From Amoebophrya sp. A120 (taxonomy: Eukaryota; Protista; Dinoflagellata), in the NCBI GenBank assembly GCA_905178155.1, contig CAJINV010000012.1, positions 2,701,765 to 2,765,764 on the forward strand: a DNA stretch of 64,000 nucleotides, written 5' to 3'. The translations under genes and the position numbers were made by a program. Positions within the stretch are counted from its first letter, which is position 1, and every line of letters starts with the position of its first letter. This document shows, piece after piece, positions 39,601 to 51,600 of the stretch. The notes beneath the pieces were generated by a model that was not told the DNA's origin, did no database searches, and was given only the letters and a program-made list of their open reading frames with translations.

Positions 39601-42600
39601 GATCACAAATCATGCTACACAAATCCCCGTTTTAATATGGGGAGGGGGGATTTTTCATTTTGATACGGGGTGCGGCTTGTTTCCGTCCGCTGCAGATGTA
39701 GTTGCGTAGGAGCTCGCCGCTTATGCAATGCAAACATGTCTGGGTCTGGAAACTTGTGTTGATGCTGTTTGGCGAATCATCAAGTGCTGGACGCCTTCAT
39801 TGACAGCCAATCATGACATCAAGTTTTGAAGTTGCTTAAGTATAGAAGTGTTCTTGCCTATCTGGATGACAAACTGCGTTTCATCTGCATGACAGGGAAG
39901 CGTGGCTTTTGGGTGGCGTGCAAGAAATGCATGACAGACTTGAGACGAGCCATGCTAGCCGTCGCCGTGCATGACAAATGACATTGCATTCTTCCAGACT
40001 GAGATCGATATTTGCATTTGATACCGTTCGGCTTTTCGCGAAATACTCGATGTCGTCCACGAGGAAGTGGTAAAGGGACGCCAACACCTTGTAGCCGAGG
40101 CCCCCCGCCTGCCACAGTTTTTGCTCTGTGCAATCGGTCCCGTCCAGGGTGGCATTGAAGTTCAGCTTATGGCGTTCTCAGCTGTTACATTCTCAACTGT
40201 TACAACATGAATTTGTGATGCAAGAATGGAAAAAGTGAAAGGAGGAAGGTTGCGCCTTTTGCAATACAAATTTTGCGCAGATTTTGGTGCTGTTTAGCCC
40301 TTCGCGAATTTGTCACGCGAAGCAGCTTGATCTTGTGGATGATCATGGTACTTTTGCATGACAAGTTCATGTAACAGTTGAGAGTGTAACGCTTGAGAAT
40401 GCCATACAGCTCGAGGGGCACGTACACCGAGATCTTTTTCGCGGTCGGAACGAGGGACATGGCGGGCGGGTCCGAACCCTGCGCCAGCTGCATTTCATTC
40501 ATCAGTTTTCTCATGTCTGCGACTGTGGGCGCGGCGTATCAAAAGGAAAAACGAATCCCCCCTCCCCATATCAAAGTGGCAATCTGTGCTGCGGGATTTG
40601 TGTACACAAATCAGCTTTCCCCTGTAGTAGAGGACTGTAGGCAGATACAAAGCCGGAGTGGGAGCGTTTTGATGGTGTAGGCGCCTAGCGCGGCACGCTC
40701 GCATATCCCCCGTAGGCCATACAGCGTGACAAATTGCCTGCAGAACGCGACGAGTTTTTTGGCTTTGCCTTCTTGCAATACAGAGACGATTTGTGGCCTC
40801 AAATCAGCATCACAAATTTTCGGAAGTCACCCGTATCACGTTAGGCAAAATCAGGAATCACGTTTACTAATCGAATCAAATTAACGGAATCAGGTTTGCT
40901 ATGGGATCGCGTTTGCCGAATCGAGTTGATACAACTGGAAGGAAGCGAAACAACTTAGGCAACGAAATGTCTACAGCCTAAACGTCCGCCGGAATCAATG
41001 TTGCGCCCAGCCGACCAAGGAGCTGACCGAGGGAAGCAACGAGAACCACGGCGGACAACTAACACAGCCACAACCAAGGGCGGGCAGGGCCGGGCGCGGG
41101 GCCACAGCGGCGGGCACAACAACGGGACAGCGGAGAGAGTCGCCGGCCAGGGCAGCTGCCCTGGCCGACGACCAGAAACCCCGAACCCTAGACCCCAAAC
41201 CCTAAACCCAGACTCTGCTAACTTGATTCCATTAACTTGATTCTATTGCAAACGCGATTCCACTAACGTGATTCCAAGTTGATAACGTGATTTGGAATGT
41301 AACCCAAATTTTCAGAAGTGTCCCGCTTTGGAGGTATGGGGAGGGGGGATTTTTCATTTTGATACGGCGACGGTCTGCTTCACAAGGAACTCCGCGCCGG
41401 TTCGGTAATCCAGCATGGCGGCGGTGCTATGGAGCCGTCAGGCTTGAAATTCATTACAAAGTTAAAATGATTTGCCATGCATAAAATGAATGCCAGTTGA
41501 TTTTCCAAGGAGCGCGTGACAAATTTTGGTGGTTCTTATTGTATCCAGTTTGCCATGCTGTTTGGGCACAGAAGACTGCTTTTGTCGTGCTACTTTAGCA
41601 GCTCGAGCTCTAACGCCAAACAGGCTTACAATCTGCCTCACTTGCCTGCTCTTCGTTCGTTGTGGGTCGGCTCTGCCGACCGGGTAACCCAACGCCCTGC
41701 ATACAAATGACCGACTTAGGCGAACCCCGTTGCGGGACATACAAATGGCCGCACGGAAGGGCCCGAAGCGCTACATACATAGTTCGCCCTAAGCGCCTAC
41801 AACCACTTTGGTCTGCTCTGCAACGCACGTACCTCGCGTCATGCATTTTCTGCATTGCAAACTATTTCAACTCTGGCGATTTCGATCCTGACACACCCAT
41901 AGGCGCTGCTAGCATTGTAGTCGTTGTGGACACCCGGACTCAGAGGCGCCGCCAGCATCTGGATGATGGGCCCCGTTTGGTACCTTTTCCGCGAGGAGTA
42001 CCGTCCTGTAGCGAGGTCCCACGCCCCCGGCTCCCCCACGGCTTTCTCTCCCACCATTTCCTCCAACAAGTACAGTCCGTTGCGCATGTGCGTCCGCAAG
42101 TTCGACGCGCCGGTGGTCCCCGGATCCTGGTACGAATGGTGACCGGCATAGAGCATGTTTGTCACTTCGTTCACGAGGTCGCGCGCAGCGTCGGCCTGCA
42201 CGCTGACAGGGAACCCCGTCGATTCCTGTCCGCCGAAGGAAAAGGCCCCCGCGGCGGACAGCAGCGTTTTGATCCGGTCCGCGGTTGCTTGGTCCTTGAC
42301 GTTGTGCACGGTAAACTGGAGTTTGTGCGGGTGCTTGAGGAAGCTGTCGATGTTATTACAGTGAAAAAAGCCCCCACGAGGACCCCATTATATCGGAAAC
42401 GGAAGATGCGCGATGAATTTGTGATGCTGTAAAGTATTTGAGTACACAAATTATCGTTTTGTATTGCTAGAAGGCCAAGAGACGTAGCTGCGCCATAAAT
42501 TTTTGCAGGTAATCTGTCATGTTGGAAGGCTAAGGGCAGGGCGTCCCATTTCTTTATAAAAGCTACAAACGGTAACCACCTACTCAGCAGACTCTGAGCG

Positions 42601-45600
42601 GAATAAGCACGGACAAAGCGATCTCTACCGAGAGACAGCTACAAAAGCTCCTGGGACGGCTGCGGGACGAGCTTTGTAGCTATCTGAGTAGGGATAATTT
42701 TGCCGGCAGACCCACCAGCGCCGAGGGATAAAAGAAAGGTAAAAAAGCGGTAAAGGATCTACTATGGCACAGTCCCAACTACGAAGAAACCCCTCTTAAA
42801 AAGTGAAACAAGATATAATGTAGTTGCTTTCATGGCGAGCAGCCGCAAACAAGGCGAACTGTCGCAGCGGACAAATGCAAAAACGTCCGCAACCGAGGGA
42901 GCAGAGATGGAACCGCATACGCCACCGACCGAGACAGCATCAGATCATGCAAAAGGTCGGAACACGCCCGAAAAAACAAGGGCGGGGCAACTACATTACA
43001 AACCCCAAGACGGGAAAGAAACTATCTAACCCAAGCTAAACTCAATATAATTTTCCTGCACTAGCACTACATACTAGCGCGCGTCTAAACCGATCCACTT
43101 CTGCCCGTGCCGTCTTTAGCCTGACTTTCTCGACCACCCTAAGAAGTGGCTCGAAATTCATGACCAAACAAGAGAAAGCCAAGGACCAAAGTGCTCTCTA
43201 TTTTCCGCGTCTTGGATGGTTGTCCATAGGTACGGGTGCTAGCTCACCTAGGACAACCACGCGAAAAATACGTGGATTACAAAACTACCGTTACTACTTC
43301 TACGTCGAAGTCTCTCATAGACCCATGGCACAGACAGAGGAACACGAAAGCCACAAGGAACGAACAAGCTCTACTCGGGCTGGCCACTGTAGTGTCAGTT
43401 CCGACACACGTCAAAACTGAAAACGTTCGCCGTCTGTTCAGTCTCAGTCCCGTGCAACCACATCGACATACAAATTTTTCACATGCATAGCAGACAATCA
43501 GGCGCGAGAAAGTCTTCTTGTTGAAGAACGCCGGCGGCACAAAAGAAAGCGACACAAGAAGAAAACCGACCCGAGGGAGATCACAACTCTAAGTGTATGC
43601 TGACTCCCATACACGTAATCACCAGGCATGTAGCAACCTCAGGCCCCGTAGGGTGTGAAGTGCTGGCACCGAGAAAAGGAGTCTCGGCACGAGCAAAGCG
43701 AAAGGTAGGGACAAGGAGACGTAAGGAAACAGAAAGCAGAAGCGGGCGGCGTGCAGGTAATCTGTCATGCAGTTTATTCCCCCTTCCAGTTGCCTCCTGT
43801 CATCCTGGAGCTGCAAGGCTCTCGTCCCACGCTAGGCAGCACTACAGTCCGCATCTTTTGCCTTCTAGCATCACAAAGCTGATTTGTGACCACAAATCTG
43901 CATCACAGATTTCCGTTTTGATATGGGGTCGAGGCGGCATTTTTCATTGTAATAGACGTTCCACCCCGACGAAGCTGCATTTGCGAGCATCGTAATCCTT
44001 GTTTCGGTATCAAATGCAAAAATGTCTGGGTCTGGAAACTTGTGATGCTGGGTGGCGTGTCATCATGATGGGGCTACAAATGCTGGCTCAGCATGAAAGG
44101 TTTCTGAGCTCCTAGGCGTTGCCTATTCTGTTTCTGCATGAAGACAAACTGCGCTTCTGCATCACAGAAGAGCGGAGCTCTTGGGTAAGAACGTGCATGA
44201 CAGATTTAAGATAGCGTCATGCCAGACAAGCATGAGAAACCTCGCAATCTTCATCCAGCGGCCCCAGACATCTTTACACTTGATAGTCGGACGGACTTTC
44301 GGGCGTTGTTGGCGCGAACCCGCACTGCATGGAATTGATGCGGAAGTGGTTCAGAGTCAGCCCGTATCAAATGTAAAAATGTCTGGGTCTGGAAGATTCT
44401 GAGATTTGTCATGCATATTTCGGATCACGCAAGTGGCGTCTGATGCAGGCAGAAGCATCACAGGTTTGAGCACGCCTCACGTTGCCTGTCCCGCATGAGG
44501 AACTTCCTACTTGCGTGCCAAGAAACGGACAGCTTTTGGCGCTCATGCAACACAAATTTTTGTGTGTTCCAGAGTTTGCATCACAAGTTCCAACCCTTCC
44601 AGACCCAGACATTTTTACATTTGATAGCCCGGTGCTGCGCCACTGGTTGGCTCCGGTAACCTATGCAAGAAAAAAACTGTGTAAGTGTAGCTCTGTAATG
44701 CAGAACATGCATCAGAGTTACACCTGTCATGCCAGACAACCATGAAGTCCTCTTTTCACGTGTGTTTTCCCTTACAAGCCGCGCATGACAGGCTTTCTCT
44801 GTCATGTAGAGCAAATTTGTGATGCTGTCAACCAAAGAAAGTTACACTAACACAATTTTTTTCTTGGATATCACCGGGTCCGTGGCCCAGTTTTTCGCGA
44901 GGTAGTTGTGAAATCCTTCCATGAACAGCGGCCCGAGATTTTTGGCCATGCCCTTGGAACACAGCGCTTCGAAGCAGTCCTGGTTGCAGCCCCAGGTGGT
45001 GATCAGGATCTGCTGGCAAGGAAGATTGTTCCACTTGGTCCCCTATCCAGCTGGTGTGCAAAAGTATCGTAGTCGTACTTCTAATTGCAAATTATATGCA
45101 TGACGAATCTCCTTCCTAAGGTAAAACAGCATTACCAATTCCACTTTTCTTCTTGCCAATGAAATTATTTGTGATGCAATTTATACTACTACTAGTACGA
45201 TACTTTTGCAATGCATATACCCAAGAATCCGGTATGTTGTTTTCCAACCAGCGAGCCCTCCCCGAAAAACCGTACGCAGCTCCCCCCAGACATCGCCAGC
45301 GTGTCTTCCGAGATGAACCCGATGCATGGAAATATCAAAATGAAAATAAATGATTCCTCCCATATTGAAAAGCAAATTTCTGTTGCTGGGTTCTTTGTGG
45401 GTAAGGGCGAAGAATAAACTGGTACCGCTAAGTAGAGGAAGTGGAACATCAGCCAGCAGCCCGAACTCATCGGCTTTCTTGCCAGTTCCATAACCCCCCG
45501 TCGCAAGAACCCCCAGCCCGAACTCATCGGCTTTGATGCCAGGTTGCTTCTGGTGGATCTTCTGTGTAGTACACAAATCAGCTCTCTAGTCTTGCAGCGA

Positions 45601-48600
45601 GGCATCGCAGGCAAAGCCAAAGCCTGTGCAGGGGCGGTCTGGTGTGGGTGCTTAGAATAGCAGAGGCCTCCTGCGCTGCCACGAAGCAGGTCGTGAGACA
45701 GCATTTTTACAAAGAAATCGCCTCCATAAAAAGTCGGCGGATTCATCTTCGGATTATTTGCCTCCTACTTGCAAGAGAGATGACAGGATTTGTGGTCACA
45801 AATCAGCGTCAGAAATTTTGAGGAGCATGTGCATGGTACCTTTTCAATATGGGGAGAGGGGACCACTTTGCCTCACAATAGGAAAGCCGCCGTTCTTCCG
45901 AATAGACTGATCCTCACAACTTTTTATGCACTGCAAAAATGTCTGGGTCTGGAAGACTGCAAGATTTGTCATGCTAAACCGAAGTGCGACACACTGTGCA
46001 AGATTTGTCATGCATATTTCTCATGACCCATGATTGTCTGTGATGTATGCCCTAGCATCACAGGTTTTTAGAACCAATCCTGATGCACCTTCCGCATGAG
46101 AAATGCCCTGTCCGTGTAGCCCAAATCGCACCCCTCTTGCTGGTCATGCAATGCAAATCTTTATCTTTTCAGAGTCCTACCCTTCTTGCTGGTTCACATG
46201 CAATGCAAATTTTTTTACCGTCCAGAAACAGCATTACAAGTTGCAATCTTCCAGACCCAGACATTTTATTTGCGGTTGATATTTCTAACACAGTCATCAT
46301 ACGTCACCGCCAACTGTTCCTCGGATCCCTTGATCCCCTCGCCGGTACAGTAACCCTTCCCTACATTGATAAAGTCCGTGCTGCTGTAAGCGCCGCGTAC
46401 CCGAGCGCTGCCGTACACGGGGTCGTTTTCCGTTACGGTATTGGGAACGGTTCGCGCCGTCAGGTTCTTCATTCCCATGCGCACCTCCCAGTTACTGGTC
46501 ACCTCGAACTGGTTCTTGTCCAGCTGAAACAGGTCCACAGGCTCATAGGGCGCCGTGCTCACCCGCGCCACTTGTGCTGTCTTGAACAGCGGGTTGGTGT
46601 CGATATGGCGAGAAAAAAGTTTGTCACAGTCACTACCTTGCAGGTTTTGCATTGCAAATTTTTTCAGCATGCCAACTTTTCCTTGTATTGCAGAAATACT
46701 AGGGAAATCCCTTATGAAGTTTGGCTGTGATGCATTTTTACGCATGACAGAAAGTTTTGTATTGCAAAAACGCGCATGAGTGATCGTGACGAACTTTTTT
46801 TGTTTGATAGTCGAGCCCCTGGTTGTAATTGGTCGTCTTCAACGCCTATGGATTGCGAAAGTACTATCGTGGTACTCGTCGTATAAATGCATTACAAATT
46901 TTCACTTTCTCAGCATGCTGAAAAATAAAATTTGTAATGCGGATTTAATATCTTAAGAGCAAGATTTGTCATGCATGTTCGCGAATTATTACTACGAGTA
47001 CGATACTTTTGCACAGGGTAACACCGTGAGGCTTGTCGCGTCCATCATGCCACTCTTGGTGTCCTCCCGGCATCGGTCGGTCATCTTTATAACCTGCTCA
47101 GGTGTTACAACAATCTCAAATCGGTTACCATAGAATATCGAAATCTGTGATGCAAGAGGTGCATTATGTAGCCAACTGACTCTCTCTCATAGGATTGCGC
47201 ATGACAAGTTCCGGAGTCCCAAACCGCACTACAACAAGCCGGCGAAATTTGTATTGCAGAAAGTGGCGTGCTGTTGTCCACGTCTGTCATGCTCATCCCG
47301 CAACACAAAATCCAGACTCTATTGTAACGCTCGAGATTGTAACGTTTGAGCAGGTCATAATCTTCACAAAGGTTTTCGTAGAATCAGACACCATGGGAAT
47401 ACGCGGTATGGCGTTCTCAAACGTTACGTTCTCAACTGTTCTTACACGATTTGTCATGCAACATCCACGGGGTGAAGCGACTTCACATGACAAATTCCCG
47501 GACGAGGGCTAAACAGCATTTAAAATCTTCTGTGCGGAATTTGCAATGCTAGGGGCGCAATTCATTCTTGTCCACCCCCTTTGAGTTTTGCTATTCTTGC
47601 ATTACAAATTCATGTTGTACCAGTTGAGGATGTAACAATTGACAGTCCCATATTCGGCGCAGTACTGTTGCGAAGGGAACACTCCGGCACTGAGGTGCTG
47701 TTTGTGAAAATATCGACACAGTAAATTGCCACTTAACTTTCCGCAGCACACTGATGAAGATGATGTCCTCAACGTACAAATATCACAAATCTCGCCAATT
47801 TTTTAGGTGGTCATGTTGCAGGAGCGGCCCTTTGTCATGCTAAGAAACTAGGATCGAAGGCATCAAGTCTTCTTGTCATGCAGAACAAACCGCATTTCAT
47901 CTTGTACAGTGTGTAGTTGTAATACAGGAACAATAAATTTACTGTGGATAGAAAACGAAGAAGGTGCATTTCGCCTCATTCGCGCATTGCTATTAGAATG
48001 AAAAATGCCCCCAATCCAGAACTTGGGAACATTTGTATGTACTTGTAATGCGCATCAACCCTTTCCAATAGAAACATTCCACCCCGTCTCGCATAATATA
48101 GCAGCATCACAAAAAATTGCCCATACTGAATGGCTCTAGGAAATTTTTTTTGCAAAGAGCCCGGCACCGGCCGGATCTACTCTTGTACAAAAGATATTGC
48201 CTTGTTGCTCGCCTAGGTTCTGTACCAGAGAGACTCGTAGTGGTGGTCCTTTCATGCAACAAGACGAAGCGTTTTCATTTGGAAAGAACTTTGCATCAGA
48301 AACTTTTGCAAATAATTCTATCTGAGGTGGGGGGGCAAGGGCATTTTTCATTGTAATAATCGTTGCAAACAGACTTCGAAGGTGTAAAACGCACCCGCAA
48401 GCTATCAAATGCGAAAGTGTCTGGGTCTGGAAGATTCTGAGACTTGGTTGGTTGGTTGGTTGGATAGCGCCTGTCGCCGGTGCAGGTCCCGCCCTCCATC
48501 GATTGCGATCCGGAGTAGCCGGAACTCAAGGCCCTAGTGGCACAATCGATCGACGAAGCCCTTTCTAACCAGGTCACGGCCATCCGGCTGCCCTGGAGTC

Positions 48601-51600
48601 ATTCGCGGGCCAGGCAACGTCTAGGAGCTCGGGACTATGGATCTTGATGGGCGAGACAGGTCACAGTCATCCGCCTGCCCATCGAAGACGAGCCAGGTCA
48701 CAGTCATCCAGCTGCGTTCACAGTACGAGCCAGGTCACAGTCAATCATCCAGCCGACTGCATAAAGAACGTCCCCGGCAGCAATCATCGAAGTGAACCCA
48801 TGGGAGGAGTCGGGAAATGCCAAAGACAGGGATCCCCTGACACACGCCAACAAAACCCAACAACCACATGTGACGACGTGGAGAGAGGGTAGACCCCGAC
48901 TGGCCTACGAGTAAGCCTGATTGCCCCGCTGAGTGTTATTTTCCCGGGCAAATTCATTTAGACTGAACCCCGGGCACGCCACCCGGAGACGGACGAAGTC
49001 CGGTTTTTACAAAACTCCCCGGGCACGCCACTTGTGACGCACGTCTTGCGTGAGCCATGATGTCTGTGATGCACGCCCTAGCATCACAGATCTTTTGAGG
49101 GCACCTTGATGCTTATTCCGCATGACAAATGCCCTATCCTTGTAGCAAAAATTATATACATACTCCTTTTGCTACTCATGCAATACAGATTTTTTTGGAA
49201 TCCAAATGCAGCGTCACAAGTTGCATTCTTCCAGACCCAGACACTCTTGCAATCCATACAAGCGTCCCGAGAACATATTCTCCCGCTTGCAGTGCGTGAC
49301 CCTTTCCTGGGAAGTAATTCATCCAGTGCACACAGTCGCTCGCGACGGACGGGCGAAAAGCGTACATGTATTGGTAGGTCGGGGGAGCGGGAGACCGGAC
49401 CGTCTGTCCGGGCATCACTCCCGTGATCCCGTACACGGGCACTTTGTCGGTAAATGACGGATGGTCCCCACCGAGGATGTGCAAGGGATTCGTGATGCGG
49501 TGGGTGGAATCCATATCGCCAGAAAAAACTGTTCTTTCACTGTGAACTTGTGATGCAGAAAATGGAACGCACAACTATTTGTCTTCTTGCTACACCTGCA
49601 TAGAACATTGGAGTTTCAAGCGTGTCTTCATCCCTTGGGAAACGTGCATGGCAAATTTATTTTCTGTGTCAACATGTGTAACTAACAAACTTGTAATGCG
49701 GTTCTTGCAAAATCATCACAGTGTTGAAACATTCCTTCGTGGGATAATCCAGCTTGTTGGTGTACATGAACCTGCAGGGAGCCGTCGAGGATCCGATTCG
49801 GAAACACGGCTATCCAAGAAAAAAAGATTTTTGTAGGTGTAACTTTATTTGATTTGGATTTGGAGGTATCAAATGCATCAAGTATCAATGTGTCTGGGTC
49901 TGGAAAGGAGGTAATTGAGCGTGTACCTACTGCGTGTTTCGCACCACTGCTAAAAAATTTGTATTGCAGAGGCAGCAAATTATAAAAGCACCACACTTCT
50001 TTCGTCATGCAAATAAAACGCAGTTTGCAATGCGTCCAGCGCATGACAGAGCACGCTTTGTCATTTGTCATGCTGCACTGCACTTCTTAAAGGCGCGCTC
50101 AATCATGGCCGTTCAGCATTACAAGTCGTTTCCAGACCCAGACATATTTGCATTTGATAGAGATAGGAGGACGAGCATTACAATACAAATCAATATCTCT
50201 GGCATGACAGCAAAAACCTGTCATGCGCGGTCAGTACAACGTGAACAAAACGCCCTTGAATTATGGGCTCTACAATGTTTGCCCACCATGACCACAGACG
50301 CAAGCACCTTGATTCTTGCATGTTACGCATCACAAATTTATTACACCAACACCAACAACGTTTCTTTTTTGCATAACGGCACATCGGCGTTGATGGCGTG
50401 CGTCATGGCTCTGGACAGCCGGGATGTCCCGACCGCACCGTCAAAACCAAGCAAAATCCGAAAGCTATCAAAAGGAAAAATCCCCGCTCCCCATATCGAG
50501 ACGAAGTTTCTGATTTTGGAAGGCTAAGGGCAGGGCGTCCCAGTATCAGTAACGAAACATGCTATAAACCTTGAACCACGTGCAACCCGGTAAGCGTCAT
50601 GAAAGAATTTTGGACAGCGCGATCGCTACCGAGAGCAGAGACAGCAGTGCCAAGGCCAACTCCTGGGACGCAGTTTCTGATGCTGGATTTCCGTACACAG
50701 ACAAAAAACGCGCCCTGTCGTGCAGTACGGCATCGCAGCCAGATCCTCAGCCTAGGTCGGGGCGTGTGGGTCTAGTTGTTTAGCATTACAAACGGCTCCT
50801 GTCTACTAGGTGGCCCAGCCCCAGCAGCATGCTAAATCGCTTCCATAATGGCGCGGAAGCCTCTACTGCGCTTGTCTTCTTCCAAGGCACGCGCTATCTG
50901 CGGAGGTCTCGAATCAGCAACACAAATTTTCGGAAACATACCTTTTCGATACATATGTTGGGGTCGACGTGGGGGGATAGGGATTTTTCCTCTCAATAAA
51001 AATTCGGGTCATAGGTAAGCTGTTGGAAATGGCCCCACGAGCTGGGCAGTGCCCAGTCCACAAAAGACTTGCAGTAGTTGGCCATCTATCAAATGCAGTT
51101 TTGTCTGGGTCTCGGTCTGGAAAAGAAGTGCGAAGGGGCTTTTTGTGCATGCGCCCTCGTTTTATATTGCCCTGGTTTTGTCCGACTGCGACACGTGGCT
51201 GCGTAACCAAAACAAAACAACCACTCAGTGAAAAACATTGAGAAAGGAACTACGCCTCGGTCTTTTCCGCTTTCAGTAGACTCTGCAGCAAGAGTGCTAA
51301 GCAGGTGCGAGAAAGTTCTGTTAGCTACCAAAGCGCGCACGCGAAACAAACTCGGTCCCTGTATGTTTTCGAAGCGCCGCCTGCACTAACAAAATATCGG
51401 CCTGCACTAACAAAATATCGATCCGCAATAGGTCCTCACCGCGCGCGCGCCGCTAGTTTTGTTCGTAATTCTGCTGGTGGAATACACAACGCAGCCAGGT
51501 CCCAAGCGTAGCACACAGTTATCAGAGAGCAACAGCTCGCACCCCACAGCTATCAAGCATAATTTTATTCGCGCACCCGTAGACAAGGAAGGTAGAAACA

